Shown: positions 36,378 to 47,456, counted from the stretch's first letter. The stretch is 64,000 bases of DNA from Candidatus Shapirobacteria bacterium (GCA_041658955.1 JBAZZE010000003.1:3842-67841); one strand, 5' to 3'. Notes: generated by a model not told the origin, from the sequence alone. Numbers and translations are program-made.

Positions 36378-38822
36378 ATGGAAGAAATCAAAAAGTTTAA
36401 AACTATTGAAGATAAGTGGATAAAATGGTGGGAAGATCACAAAGATCTGTATCGGGCTGTCGATGATTCGTCAAAAGAAAAAAAATACGTCTTGGTAGAG
36501 TTTCCTTACCCAAGTGGTTCAGGACTACATGTGGGGCATGCTTTTTCCTTTACGGGAGGGGATGTCCAGGCTCGGTTTAAACGAATGCAAGGCTATAATG
36601 TTCTGTTTCCCATGGGATGGGATGCTTTTGGGTTACCAACTGAAAATTACGCGATTAAGATGAAGAGGAAGCCACAAGAGGTAACCAAAGAGAATACAGA
36701 TGTATTCAAGAGCCAGATGAAGCAATTGGCTTTTTCATTTGATTGGAGTCGAGAAGTAAACACAACTGATCCGACTTATTACAAATGGACTCAGTGGATA
36801 TTTGTTCAACTATTTAAGAAAAATCTTGCCTACAAACAGGAAATGCCAATAAACTGGTGTCCGTCATGTAAGATAGGCCTGGCTAACGAAGAAGTATTGA
36901 ATGGGAAATGTGAGCGCTGTGGTACCGAAGTGAGCCGGAGAAATATATCACAGTGGGTGGTTAAGATTACTGATTATGCCGATAGGTTGGCAATGGGCTT
37001 AAAAGACACTAATTTTATTGATAAGGTTAAAACAGCTCAGGTTAACTGGATTGGGAAAAGCGAAGGAGCCAAGATAAGGTTCGCAGTAAAGGACAGAAAG
37101 GAGACTTTGGAAGTGTTTACGACTCGACCGGACACGCTTTATGGAGCGACTTTTATGGTAATAAGTCCAGAACATAAGCTGGCTGTTGATCTAGCTGAAT
37201 CTAACAAAGATATCAAAGACTATCTAAATGAAACCAGAAAAAAGAGTGACATGGAGAGAACTGATCTTAATAAGGATAAAACAGGCGTATTTTCTGGTCT
37301 TTATGCGATTAATCCGGTGAATGATAAGGCAATACCGATTTGGATATCTGACTTTGTATTAGCTAGTTATGGAACAGGAGCGATTATGTCAGTGCCAGCT
37401 CATGATGAGCGTGATAATGCTTTTGCTAAGAAATTTGGCTTGGAAATTATACAAGTGATCAAACCCAATGAAGTATCAGAAGCAGATAAGCCAGAGACTG
37501 ATTGCTATGTTGGTCCTGGAACAATGATAAATTCAGGTGACTTGGATGGGATGGAGTGGTCGGAGGCAAAAGCAAAGATGATTGAAAGGTTGAAAAAGAT
37601 AGGTATTGGAGAAGCATCAAATAGTTATCATTTGAGGGACTGGATATTTAGCCGGCAACACTACTGGGGTGAGCCTATTCCGATGGTTGATTGCCCTAAG
37701 TGTGGTTGGGTGCCAGAAAAAGAGGAAAACTTACCAATCGTACTACCAGAGGTAGAAGCTTATGAACCGACGGATGATGGGTTGAGTCCACTATCTAGAA
37801 TCGAAAGTTTTGTGAATTGTAAGTGTCCTGAGTGTGGTGGAGATGCTAAAAGAGAAACGGATACCATGCCAAACTGGGCTGGATCAGATTGGTACTTTAT
37901 GAGATATATGGATCCAGATAATGCTACTAAATTGGTAGACTTTGATCTATTAAAAAAGTGGGGTCCAGTCGATATTTACATCGGTGGAGATGAACATAAC
38001 ACGCTTCATTTGCTATATTCACGATTTATTTATCAGTTTTTGTACGACTTAGGAATATTCCCTAAAGAGTTGCCAGAGCCATACTACAGAAGAGTATCTC
38101 ACGGAGTTATTTTGGGACCTGACAATCAGAGAATGAGTAAATCGAAAGGGAACGTGATTGTGCCAGAAACGGTGGCTGATATGTATGGTGTAGATGTGGT
38201 TCGAATGTATCTAATGTTCATGGGACCGTTTGAGGGGACGATGGCTTGGAACGAAAAGACACTGATGGGAGTCAAGAGGTTTTTAGATAGGTTTGAAAAG
38301 TACGTTATTAAGCAGAGCCAGAGTAATTCTGATAGCAGTAGTGTTGTTAAAGTGATAATAAATAAGTTAGTTGATGGAGTAACTAAGGACTTGGAGAACT
38401 TTGGTTACAATACAGCCATAGCGAAGTGTATGGGGGCTTTGAACGAATTAGAGAAGTCGGAATCAATTTCTGCTGATGATTTATCCAAGTTAGTTAGAGT
38501 AGTGGCTCCACTGGCACCTTATATGGCCGAGGAACTATGGTCCAACATAAATAGAGATACTGGAGAGTATAGCTCAGTTCATGCATCGAGCTGGCCAGTC
38601 GTAGAAGAGCAATACTTAGTAAGCGATGAGGTCACTGTGGTAGTGGCTATCAATGGCAAATTAAGAGATCAACTGGTAGTTGATAGAGAAAAGGCTAATG
38701 ATGAAAAAGCGATGTTGGAGCTAGCAAGGGGATCAGAGAAAATCAAAGCATGGCTTGTAGGCAAACAAATAGTTAAGGAGATCTTTGTACCAGGCCGAAT
38801 GGTGAACATTGTTGTTGCTTAG
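36378..38822 (+). CDS. leuS: Leucine--tRNA ligase
   Basis: FPYPSG.GLHVGH, GWDAFGLP.EN, FTTRPDT editing domain, RDW..SRQ.YWG.PIP, RMSKSKGN; start placed at ATG 36378 (MEEIK). Confidence 0.97.
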   Translation: MEEIKKFKTIEDKWIKWWEDHKDLYRAVDDSSKEKKYVLVEFPYPSGSGLHVGHAFSFTGGDVQARFKRMQGYNVLFPMGWDAFGLPTENYAIKMKRKPQEVTKENTDVFKSQMKQLAFSFDWSREVNTTDPTYYKWTQWIFVQLFKKNLAYKQEMPINWCPSCKIGLANEEVLNGKCERCGTEVSRRNISQWVVKITDYADRLAMGLKDTNFIDKVKTAQVNWIGKSEGAKIRFAVKDRKETLEVFTTRPDTLYGATFMVISPEHKLAVDLAESNKDIKDYLNETRKKSDMERTDLNKDKTGVFSGLYAINPVNDKAIPIWISDFVLASYGTGAIMSVPAHDERDNAFAKKFGLEIIQVIKPNEVSEADKPETDCYVGPGTMINSGDLDGMEWSEAKAKMIERLKKIGIGEASNSYHLRDWIFSRQHYWGEPIPMVDCPKCGWVPEKEENLPIVLPEVEAYEPTDDGLSPLSRIESFVNCKCPECGGDAKRETDTMPNWAGSDWYFMRYMDPDNATKLVDFDLLKKWGPVDIYIGGDEHNTLHLLYSRFIYQFLYDLGIFPKELPEPYYRRVSHGVILGPDNQRMSKSKGNVIVPETVADMYGVDVVRMYLMFMGPFEGTMAWNEKTLMGVKRFLDRFEKYVIKQSQSNSDSSSVVKVIINKLVDGVTKDLENFGYNTAIAKCMGALNELEKSESISADDLSKLVRVVAPLAPYMAEELWSNINRDTGEYSSVHASSWPVVEEQYLVSDEVTVVVAINGKLRDQLVVDREKANDEKAMLELARGSEKIKAWLVGKQIVKEIFVPGRMVNIVVA

Positions 38823-39585
38823 ATCACTAGGCATAGTCTGTCATAACTTAGAAGCTGTCATAACGTGAATTTAGCAATCTACGCTTTTTTCTGCTACGAC
38901 TTTAAAAGTAGCAAATAAATGGAAACTTCCAAGTATCAATTGATGTAAGACAAAAGCGTTGTAAAGTATTTTAGGGTGAATGGCTTACAAGCTAAACAAT
39001 GAGTAAGAGATGATGATGGTTTAGCTTCAGATGGTAAATGGAATATTTAGATATAGTCGATATGGAGAGGTGGCTGCGGACAAAAAACTCAAGCAAAAAT
39101 GGTTAGCGTGTAAACAGTTTTACCAAAAAACTACTTACTTGAGGAGAATAATGTACCTAAATTCGGAGATTGTGATGGAGATAAGATTTATTAGATATAT
39201 TTAAGCAAGTTTAATATTTTGACTAAATGCGGTGATAATATGAAAGGAAATTTTGATAATAATCAAAAAAATATCTGCGGTTATATTCGGAGAAGTAGCG
39301 GAGAAAGAAGTTGTGTAAAGCTAAAAAGTGCGGAATATGAGAGTGAAAAATTTAAAAAACTATTATTTTTATTTAAAATCGACTAATGATCGTTGTTTCA
39401 TGAAATGAAGGAATATATTTCAAAAATTTAGATCCTAAAGTTTTTTTGTTAAAAAGTTTTTTATAAAAATGAAAATTCTGATGTTAAACTTTTTTTGGGG
39501 GATGATGATATTCCGATTGATAAAATCATCACGTTGCGAAGCTCTAGTGCGATTAGTGCGAAAATAACGTTTTATTTTATACTTG

Positions 39586-39657
39586 TATCCCCAGGCAGAA
39601 TCGAACTGCCATTTAAGGTTTAGGAAACCTCCGTTCTATCCATTGAACTATAGGGAC
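39586..39657 (-). tRNA. tRNA-Arg (CCT)
   Basis: Cloverleaf GTCCCTA...TGGGGAT-A, anticodon loop TT-CCT-AA, T loop TTCGATT; CCA not encoded. Confidence 0.93.
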
Positions 39658-39694
39658 AGGCAAACTCAACCATATGAAAATATGGTGGAATTTG

Positions 39695-39768
39695 TCGGGG
39701 ATACTGGATTCGAACCAGCAACCTCACGATCCCGAACCGTGCGCGCTAGCCAATTGCGCCAATCCCCG
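39695..39768 (-). tRNA. tRNA-Pro (CGG)
   Basis: CGGGGAT...ATCCCCG-A, anticodon loop TT-CGG-GA, GGTTCGAATCC; CCA not encoded. Confidence 0.95.
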
Positions 39769-40153
39769 TTTTTTGACAAGCTCAAGTTTTGGGCCTATCT
39801 ATTAGAGAATAAGGTAGTCCATATTCTCTTGTTTCATATTATACCGTGGTGGGAGTTTTTTAGGTCCGTTTATTGTTACAGGATAGAATGATAATGTTCT
39901 ATTTATATATATAAAGTTTATATTTGATGGTTATGTATATACAAACATAAGAATTGTGTGTTGGTTATTTAGCAAAAAACTATACTGAGTGCTAAGTCTT
40001 TTTTTGTTAATAATACTTGGTGAGATGAGCAAATATGTGTATATATATAAACTATAGTATTGAAGACCATTGAACCTTTGAGTTTGCTAGGCACGAAATG
40101 GTTTTTCTATATTAGGGGACTAAGTTTGTTCTTTTGCCGTACAATTGCTGTAC

Positions 40154-40182
40154 TTGACTAAATAAAAAAAAGTATCTAGACT
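40154..40182 (+). promoter_or_regulatory. Sigma70-type promoter, leaderless geometry
   Basis: TTGACT-17 nt-TAGACT, ATG 6 nt downstream. Confidence 0.7.
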
Positions 40183-40188
40183 GATGTT

Positions 40189-40605
40189 ATGAATGACACA
40201 GCAAGAAATACCCGTACTCTGATCGTCAGTTTTGTTTTTGCAATTATGGCTTTGATTCCTCTTCGTTTTGTAGAAGTTGGACAAATGATTCAAGACCAAC
40301 CCATGGTTTTAGGAGAGCAAGTCCAAAATTCTCCTGAAGTTGTTTTACCAGAAAGTGGTGTTAGCGAAGAAGCGGTTTTAGAGGCTCCTTATAATGAAAT
40401 AGAATATGGTCAACAAAGTCAGCCGGCTGAGGAAGTTCTAGGAGAAGAGACCCAAGTAAGCGAAAGTGAATGCATTCCTGCAGACGAAGCTAGATCGGTT
40501 TTAGCTGAATATGAGACAAAGTTAAGTGAAGGTGGCTCGAATGGTGAAGAAACTGATCAAATGGTCAGTGAGATGATCAGCATCGAATCGATGATGTGTA
40601 AATAA
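40189..40605 (+). CDS. Membrane-anchored acidic hypothetical protein
   Basis: N-terminal TM, Glu-rich body, two VLGE motifs, Cys pair near C-terminus. Confidence 0.7.
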   Translation: MNDTARNTRTLIVSFVFAIMALIPLRFVEVGQMIQDQPMVLGEQVQNSPEVVLPESGVSEEAVLEAPYNEIEYGQQSQPAEEVLGEETQVSESECIPADEARSVLAEYETKLSEGGSNGEETDQMVSEMISIESMMCK

Positions 40606-40935
40606 CTATTTTATCCTTTCAATTAGCATGACAGCATCTGTTTTGGCCCTTCTTTTGTCTTCGAACAGGATTCTTCCGATATCGACACGATACACAAGGC
40701 AGGTAACTTGATGCTTTCTTTCCATATACCGGACTAGTCCGGTGGCTTCACCTCTGCTTTTGACAACACCGATACCACCCCAGCCACTCCACGGGCCTTT
40801 GCCTTCGACTATTTGTTCAGGTGGTAAACGAACCCAAGTGTTCTCTTCGTATTCAAGAATGTTTGGATTCTGGCGCAGTCCCAGGGATTTTAAATCTGAA
40901 GTGACTACTTTGAAGAATTCCTTTTGGGCCATCAA
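40606..40935 (-). CDS. Hypothetical protein
   Basis: 109 aa ORF with ATGA-type overlap to the upstream PEGA gene. Confidence 0.6.
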   Translation of the reverse strand: MMAQKEFFKVVTSDLKSLGLRQNPNILEYEENTWVRLPPEQIVEGKGPWSGWGGIGVVKSRGEATGLVRYMERKHQVTCLVYRVDIGRILFEDKRRAKTDAVMLIERIK

Positions 40936-42137
40936 CGAATTGTGACGGCGTAAAGATTTTCAGTTGATCCAGTGAATGGGGCGGTCAGAGTGATAATCTT
41001 GTTGCCATCAAACCAAGGTAGGGTTACTTCAGGTCGGAAGTTGCCAGCGTAGATGGTTACTTGGTTGGTAGCGTCATAATCAGCTGCCTTAAGCTCTTGA
41101 TTAGTTAGATAAACAACATTACTAGAAGAAGGCAGCCAATAGGGATTCTGAACCTCAGTAGGCGAACCTAGACGGTAATTTGTGTCTTCTTTTAGGTCAT
41201 AAATATAATAATCACCGATGGCTAGACTGCGAGTTTGAGTTTGAGTACTTTGAGCTGGAGGAGCGGTGGCTAGTATTTGAGGTATGGTGGCAGACTGGGT
41301 GGCTTGATAGAGGACCTTGTCTTCAAGAGTAGTAAAAGCAATCTTTTGTCCGGAGACCGTGGAGATAAAAGGCTTAAGTTCTTCAGGTAGACGATCAAGT
41401 TTACTGAGAATTATTTCTTTATCCTGGGTGGCCCATGTTTGGCGGATAAGTGGTAAACGAGGGGTGACATCAACTAAAGTTTTGGAATCAATAGTAGTGG
41501 CTAAGTTAAGTAAATATTTGACACCACTTTTAAAAGTAGCAATAACTTCCATAGAATTGGGAGAAAACTCATATGAAGCTTTGGACCAATCAACAGAAAG
41601 TGTGTTGGTGGCGATTTGGCGGGGGGTGTTCTTGGTTAGATAAAGTGGATTGGCACTTAACTCAATTAGATATAGTCCATTGTTGGCGGTAGCTGAGGAA
41701 GAAGCAACAGCATAAATGACCCGACTTTTATCAGGACTAACTTCAGGGTTGATGACTCCAGTGTGAGTAATTGGTTTGAGGTCAGGAGTTGAGCGGAAAA
41801 GTTGGGAATCGGTTTGATAGACAATTTCTGCCTTAATCTTGATGGTTTTTTGCCAATTAAAGTAACCATCTTTAATGATTTTTACGACATAATCACCAGG
41901 AGTTAGGTTTATAGTATCGTCAGTAGCTGTAATTAGAGAATTGTTGATATAGACGCTAGCACCTTTGGGACGGGAGGTGGCGGAGAGTAATCCGGTGGGG
42001 TTGAGGGTTAAACCACCAGGTTGAAGTGAAGGTCGGTAGCCACGGGCGAGGAGAGTCACTCCCCAGGTACTTAATACCACAAAGAAGAATACAGATAAGA
42101 CGATACTTAGGCTTTTCTTCTCGCTTTGGGACAGCAT
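40932..42137 (-). CDS. PEGA-domain membrane-anchored protein with propeller-like C-terminus
   Basis: TM, ARGYR, TGLL...S.P.GASVYIN, L.PG.Y.V.I.KDGY..W.K; start at 42137 has TATAAT 6 nt upstream. Confidence 0.8.
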   Translation of the reverse strand: MLSQSEKKSLSIVLSVFFFVVLSTWGVTLLARGYRPSLQPGGLTLNPTGLLSATSRPKGASVYINNSLITATDDTINLTPGDYVVKIIKDGYFNWQKTIKIKAEIVYQTDSQLFRSTPDLKPITHTGVINPEVSPDKSRVIYAVASSSATANNGLYLIELSANPLYLTKNTPRQIATNTLSVDWSKASYEFSPNSMEVIATFKSGVKYLLNLATTIDSKTLVDVTPRLPLIRQTWATQDKEIILSKLDRLPEELKPFISTVSGQKIAFTTLEDKVLYQATQSATIPQILATAPPAQSTQTQTRSLAIGDYYIYDLKEDTNYRLGSPTEVQNPYWLPSSSNVVYLTNQELKAADYDATNQVTIYAGNFRPEVTLPWFDGNKIITLTAPFTGSTENLYAVTIR

Positions 42138-42230
42138 GATAGTATTATAAACCAAGAATAGGGATTATAGAGGAGGTGGGTAGGGTTTTGGCTGTACGAG
42201 TCTGTTAACAAATATTGGTAGAATGTAGTA

Positions 42231-43232
42231 ATGAAACTGTTTAAGAAATTAGGAATTGATTTGGGCACGGCTAATTCGGTGGTCTGGGAAGAAGGGGTGG
42301 GAGTGGTTTTGAATGAACCAACCGTGGTGGCAGTAGGAGTTGATGATCGAAAAATTCTGGCGGTTGGAGCTGAAGCTAAGAAAATGTTGGGGAAAACACC
42401 GGAATATATTGAAGTTATCCGACCAATGGAAGATGGAGTAATTGCTGACTATGAAGTAACTGAAGCAATGATGAGGTATTTTTTGAAGCAAGTAATGGGT
42501 CGGGGATGGATCATGGGTCCAGAGGTAATGGTTTGTGTCCCGGCAGGAGTAACTCAAGTCGAACAAAGAGCAGTCATGGACGCAACTATTTCAGCTGGAG
42601 CAAGAAAAGCCTATCTTATCGATGAACCATTGGCTGCGGCGATTGGGGCCAAGATTCCGGTATCGGAACCTTATGGCAATATGATTGTGGATATTGGTGG
42701 TGGTGCGGCGGAAGCGGCTGTAATTGCCTTGGGTGGAGTGGTAACTCACAAGACAGTTCGGGTAGGTGGAGCAAAAATTGATGGAGTTATCGCCGAATTT
42801 TTGAGAAGAAAGCATAATTTGATAGTTGGAGAGCAAACATCAGAGACTATAAAGATAAAAATCGGAAGTGCGATTAAGTTAAAGCGGCCTGAGACGATGG
42901 AGGTCAGTGGCCGGGATTCGGTGTCGGGACTACCACGGATGGTAGTTATTGACTCCGATCAAATTCATGAGGCGATATCGCCAATGCTTAGTAGCATCAT
43001 CATGGTGATCCGAGACACTTTGGAAATTACGCCACCAGAGTTGGTGGCCGATATCGCTGACCGGGGGATAGTGCTTTCCGGAGGTACATCACTTCTACGA
43101 AACTTTAATGTCTTAGTGACTCGAGAAATTGGGGTGTCAGCACACGTCGCTCCGGAACCGCAATTTTGTGTAATTAAAGGAACTGGGATTGCCCTGGAAA
43201 ATCTAGACGTTTACTGGCGGGCGATACGTTGA
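42231..43232 (+). CDS. mreB: Rod shape-determining actin-like protein MreB/Mbl
   Basis: GIDLGTAN, EPTVVA, DGVIADY, EPLAAAIGA, DIGGG, GIVLSGG. Confidence 0.95.
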   Translation: MKLFKKLGIDLGTANSVVWEEGVGVVLNEPTVVAVGVDDRKILAVGAEAKKMLGKTPEYIEVIRPMEDGVIADYEVTEAMMRYFLKQVMGRGWIMGPEVMVCVPAGVTQVEQRAVMDATISAGARKAYLIDEPLAAAIGAKIPVSEPYGNMIVDIGGGAAEAAVIALGGVVTHKTVRVGGAKIDGVIAEFLRRKHNLIVGEQTSETIKIKIGSAIKLKRPETMEVSGRDSVSGLPRMVVIDSDQIHEAISPMLSSIIMVIRDTLEITPPELVADIADRGIVLSGGTSLLRNFNVLVTREIGVSAHVAPEPQFCVIKGTGIALENLDVYWRAIR

Positions 43233-43626
43233 TCTAGTAGGATAATAAGTCTTGTAATAGTTTTTATTTCAAATAATTTAGTTATCAGTTTTTTAGCTTT
43301 TATATCATTATAACTGCAGTTTTGTTTTTTGATTAATAAATCGACTAACTCTTAATCTTTACCCTAGATTATGGATTATTTTGTGAGTAAATGTTTTATT
43401 CATAATGACTATATTTAGCCTAAGGTTAATAACAGAATTATTGGCTTATAGAAAATTGGGTAAACTGAGGTGATATAGTTAACAAGCTATGCTTGTAGTA
43501 TATTGATTATATAGGGTAAGGTGATAGCAAGTGATATAGTTTTTTGACAAGAAAAGTCGAGAAAAAAAAGAAGAGGAGTGTTAAAATGAAATTAGATAAT
43601 GTTTGATATAGTTCATAAACAAAAAA

Positions 43627-44475
43627 ATGGCGATGAAGCGTAAAAAAATGGATAGATCTACATACAAAAGTGGCCTATCTAATTGGGATATCTTTGGTAC
43701 TCCGATGTTTGGCAGAGATAGGTTTGCTCTGCTAAAACTAGTGGGTAGTCTACCGGAGAATGCTCAGGCATGGATTGCGACGGTAAATCCAGAATTTGTG
43801 ATGAAAGCCCAAGAGGATATGGATTTTATGAGAATACTCCAAAATAGGACGACTTACAATGTGGCTGATGGGGTGGGATTGTTGTGGGCAAAAGAGGTTT
43901 TGAAGGTAAAAAGTAGTCAAGTTTTAACCAGAATTGGGAAGAGATTAGTTAAGGGTTTTCTGGTTGGAATGGAAGTGATTGGGGGGAGAAAAATGGATGG
44001 ACTTATCTCGGGTGCTGACCTAATTGATAGTCTATGTAAGGAAGCGGCAGAGAATAATAAGTCAGTATTTTTCTTAGGTGGTTGGGGGGACCGGGGAGCT
44101 AGAAGTGCAGCATTGTTTAAAAAGAAATATCCCACGCTAAAAGTGTCTGGTAGTTATGCTGGTAATCGAGTGGGTGAGGATGAAAAGACCTTGAAGGTGC
44201 TATCTGAATACAAAATTGACTATTTATTCGTGGCTTATGCCATGAAGACACAAGAAGAATGGATTAATCGCAACTTGGACAAGCTTAAAATAAGATTGGT
44301 AATGGGGGTGGGGCGAAGTTTTGACTATTATTCAGGAGATTTGCGCCGAGCACCCACATGGGTACGTAAAATGGGTTTTGAATGGCTATATTCTCTTATT
44401 ATGGAACCTAAAAGGTGGAAGCGACAATTGGCTTTGCCGAGGTTTATTGGTAAGGTTTTGGTGTCTGATAGGTAG
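43627..44475 (+). CDS. WecB/TagA/CpsF family glycosyltransferase
   Basis: TVNPEF, ADGVG, GADL, FFLGG, QEEWI, GVG.SFD, RAP.W....GFEWLY.L..EPKR..R; exact start uncertain. Confidence 0.88.
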   Translation: MAMKRKKMDRSTYKSGLSNWDIFGTPMFGRDRFALLKLVGSLPENAQAWIATVNPEFVMKAQEDMDFMRILQNRTTYNVADGVGLLWAKEVLKVKSSQVLTRIGKRLVKGFLVGMEVIGGRKMDGLISGADLIDSLCKEAAENNKSVFFLGGWGDRGARSAALFKKKYPTLKVSGSYAGNRVGEDEKTLKVLSEYKIDYLFVAYAMKTQEEWINRNLDKLKIRLVMGVGRSFDYYSGDLRRAPTWVRKMGFEWLYSLIMEPKRWKRQLALPRFIGKVLVSDR

Positions 44476-44493
44476 GGGTGGTAATATGAGTGT

Positions 44494-45003
44494 ATGAGTC
44501 AAGATGTAAAAGATCCTATTCAATATGTTGAGTCAGGTTCTCTGACTCCGGATAAATATTTGACACCAAGGGCGACTGAGGTAATGGTAAGACTGCCAGG
44601 TGAAAAAATAACATCTGAACTATTTCCCCAATTATTGGCAGAACTTGATGGATTTAAGGATGATCAAGAAATGATTAGGAATGCGTGTGGGCATGCTGAA
44701 CACTTTTTTGCACCAGACGTTGACTTTGGTAACACCACTTGTGAGTCGGTGAGCTATGATCCAGGAGGTTTAATTGGATTAAAATTTGACAATCCTCGAT
44801 TGCAGGCAATAGTGATCCAACCGGATGATGATGGAGATGGAAAGTGCCGTCTTCAAGTTGTAGCCGATGGTATGAGGCATGAATATAAGATGCAAGGTGG
44901 GACCTTGGTGAGTGGGTTTAATGAGAAAATTGCCGAAGAATCCAGAACTTATCAAATGTTGGCGCACTTAGGTGTCGATGTGGCCAAGATGAATGATAAA
45001 TAA
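44494..45003 (+). CDS. Hypothetical protein
   Basis: 169 aa ORF, TAATAT 6 nt upstream of ATG. Confidence 0.65.
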   Translation: MSQDVKDPIQYVESGSLTPDKYLTPRATEVMVRLPGEKITSELFPQLLAELDGFKDDQEMIRNACGHAEHFFAPDVDFGNTTCESVSYDPGGLIGLKFDNPRLQAIVIQPDDDGDGKCRLQVVADGMRHEYKMQGGTLVSGFNEKIAEESRTYQMLAHLGVDVAKMNDK

Positions 45004-45005
45004 CA

Positions 45006-46097
45006 ATGACGTACAAGGACTATTATGAGATTTTAGGTGTTGGTAGAAAAGCATCGGATGATGATATTAAGGCTGCATATAGAAAATTAGTCAAAATAAC
45101 ACATACTGATATTTACCCTGAAAAAGAAGAGGAATTTAAAGAACTCAATGAAGCATATGGGGTATTGAGTGATGTTGATAAACGAGCAAGATACGATCGA
45201 TTTGGAAAAGAAGGCTTGAAGCAGGGTTTTGTACCTCCGGCTGATGGTTTTGGTGATTTTTGGAGTGAGTTTGGGGTTGGTGGTGGTATGTTTGGCGATA
45301 TTTTGCGGAGTATGTTTAGCGGTGATAAGGCTGAGCAAGCAAGAGCTAGACAGAGGGCAGAAGAAATGTTGAAGGATTTACAGGCTCAACAGGAGCGGAC
45401 AAGAACCGAGGGTGCGACTCGAACTACGGTAAATCGTCCATCAAATGACCATCCAAAATCAACAAGGTCAGCTCAACCAAATATAAAATTTGGGTTAGGA
45501 GACATTAAAATTCCTGAAGAAGAGTTTAGTCTTATGGCTGGACTAACTAAGATCGAAGGTATGAGAGGGCCGGTAACCTTAGAACATGATGAATATCGAA
45601 TTTTGAAGGACAAGATGGGCAATACTCGGGTTGAGGTAAAGATGTCTCGGTTTATAAAAGATGGTAGAACTGAAGTTCGGGTGGGTAAACCAGGTACCTT
45701 TGAGACTTTTAATAAAACACGGAAAGATTGGGTTGATGCTAGTTGGATAGATCAGGGAAATGTGATGGGAGCCGATATGCCCAAAAATTATCGAAGTTTA
45801 ATTGGATTAGTTAATCAAGTGGCTTTAACAATTTCCCATCAGGATGAACTGACCGATGTAACGATAACTAGCTTAAACATTGCTGCCCGGGTGAGTTTCC
45901 CGGATGATCGGAAGAGAGAGGTGGAGGGTGATCGTCTTCGCCAGGAATTGGTGATTGAATCGGGAAAATGGTTGTTTACTGGGGTTGATGATGAAGTTAA
46001 GCCGAAAAATATGCCAGTAGAGGGTGGTATGGCTTCCAAGCCTAAGTCGGCACCAATAAATCTAAATGAAGGTTTGAAGATGCGTAGGAAAACTTAG
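45006..46097 (+). CDS. J-domain-like protein (HTD instead of HPD) with unknown C-terminal domain
   Basis: DYYEILGV...IK.AYRKL...HTD...[18 protein letters not shown], short G/F region, no zinc finger. Confidence 0.8.
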   Translation: MTYKDYYEILGVGRKASDDDIKAAYRKLVKITHTDIYPEKEEEFKELNEAYGVLSDVDKRARYDRFGKEGLKQGFVPPADGFGDFWSEFGVGGGMFGDILRSMFSGDKAEQARARQRAEEMLKDLQAQQERTRTEGATRTTVNRPSNDHPKSTRSAQPNIKFGLGDIKIPEEEFSLMAGLTKIEGMRGPVTLEHDEYRILKDKMGNTRVEVKMSRFIKDGRTEVRVGKPGTFETFNKTRKDWVDASWIDQGNVMGADMPKNYRSLIGLVNQVALTISHQDELTDVTITSLNIAARVSFPDDRKREVEGDRLRQELVIESGKWLFTGVDDEVKPKNMPVEGGMASKPKSAPINLNEGLKMRRKT

Positions 46098-47155
46098 TTG
46101 AACTTACCAAGAAATTTTATTTCTGGGATGAGTTCAAAGCCAAACTTTTCACGGACCATATCTTGAACATATTTGACTAAATTGTAGAAATCAGCCGCTG
46201 TGGCAGTACCGGTGTTGATAAAAAAGTTGCTATGTTCGTTAGAAATCTTGGCACCGCCGATACTAAAACCTTTTAAAGACAGTTCATGGTCGATAATCCA
46301 ACCGGTGGATTTTTGTTCACCCCAGATTTTTTGACAAATTTCCAGGGAAGGATTGGCAAAAGCACTACCGGGGGAAGCCATAGATTGAACTTTGGATTTT
46401 TGAGCGATCCAGGCCTTATAGACTTCCATGGCTTTATTGGTGTCGCCTCGGAAGAGCTTAAGGGTGACGGAAAGAACGATAAGATGGGGATTTTTTTGGA
46501 ACATACTGGTTTCGTATTTCCAGTTGAGCTTATCTTTTTTTAATAGTTCGGTTTTTCCGGTTTTAAGGTTAAATACCTTGATAGTGTCGGTGTAATCGGA
46601 AAAATGGTAGCTACCACCATGAATATTTTGATAGACAGCACCACCCACTGTACCGGGAATATAACCAAACCATTGAAGTCCGGTAAGACCGGCAGAAATG
46701 AGTTGGGTAATGGCAAATGGCAGGGGGGTGCCGGCTTGAATAGTAACTTCTTGGTAGGGTAGGTGAGACTCATCATAATCAAGACGGGTAAAGTCCAAAT
46801 ATTTTTGAGGTTCGTTTTCATTTCTTTGGGCATAAGTGACCTTGAAGTTTGAATCTGGTTCGTGAATCCGAGGGTGAATGTCGATTTTATTGGCTTTGTT
46901 GACAATGGTTAATCCGGGAAGGCCGGCGTCAGAGATGACGACATTGGAACCAGAACCCAGGATGGTGAAGGGTAATTCGGGGTGATTATGGAGAAATTTG
47001 AGAAGATCGAAGAGTTCACTTTGTTTGGTGGCGATGGCGAAAAGTTCAGCATTACCACCGAGATGAAGGGTGTTGTAGTTAGACAAAGAATGATTTTCAG
47101 CGACGAACATGCCAGTGTGGACTTGTTGGAGTTCTTCAAATAGGGGGTGAGACAT
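46094..47155 (-). CDS. murB: MurB-family FAD-dependent oxidoreductase (divergent)
   Basis: [29 protein letters not shown]...LKG..IGGA.IS..H.NF.IN, L.PEI. Confidence 0.8.
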   Translation of the reverse strand: MSHPLFEELQQVHTGMFVAENHSLSNYNTLHLGGNAELFAIATKQSELFDLLKFLHNHPELPFTILGSGSNVVISDAGLPGLTIVNKANKIDIHPRIHEPDSNFKVTYAQRNENEPQKYLDFTRLDYDESHLPYQEVTIQAGTPLPFAITQLISAGLTGLQWFGYIPGTVGGAVYQNIHGGSYHFSDYTDTIKVFNLKTGKTELLKKDKLNWKYETSMFQKNPHLIVLSVTLKLFRGDTNKAMEVYKAWIAQKSKVQSMASPGSAFANPSLEICQKIWGEQKSTGWIIDHELSLKGFSIGGAKISNEHSNFFINTGTATAADFYNLVKYVQDMVREKFGFELIPEIKFLGKFN

Positions 47156-47204
47156 AGCTTTATTATACTAAATTAAATCTAGACGATTCTTATTTTTGTG
47201 TTGC

Positions 47205-47358
47205 TTCAAACTCAAAGACATTTCCTCCGTGGACCGATAATCGGCTATCCTCCTTAATCCCAAGCGCGTGTACCGCCGTCATCTGCATTCTCGAAGACCT
47301 CCATACAAAAGAAACAGGTCTTCTGCGAAACCTCCACTTTGGAAACGTCTTTGAGTTT
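47205..47358. repeat. Structured element family 2, copy F
   Basis: Closed by AAACTCAAAGAC.TTTCC / GGAAA.GTCTTTGAGTTT; shares blocks with 23602-23808. Confidence 0.85.
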
Positions 47359-47456
47359 TATTTGATCAAAATTAACTTTTAATGAATTTTAATAAACACC
47401 TTAAATTACGATATTAATATATATTAAATCTTGGAGTAAAATAATATAGGTAAAGA

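Noticed and set aside
36020-36378. T-box riboswitch for leuS
   Set aside because: No T-box consensus or room for stem I; leader-peptide attenuator explains the region
39462-39490. dif site (TGATGTTAAAC resembles a XerD arm)
   Set aside because: No matching XerC arm at 6-bp spacing and no skew change
39583-39891. 102-aa ORF in the track
   Set aside because: Antisense shadow of the two tRNA genes
43233-43626. mreC/mreD remnant or ncRNA after mreB
   Set aside because: AT-rich, no ORF or convincing structure; only a GTGATATAGTT direct repeat
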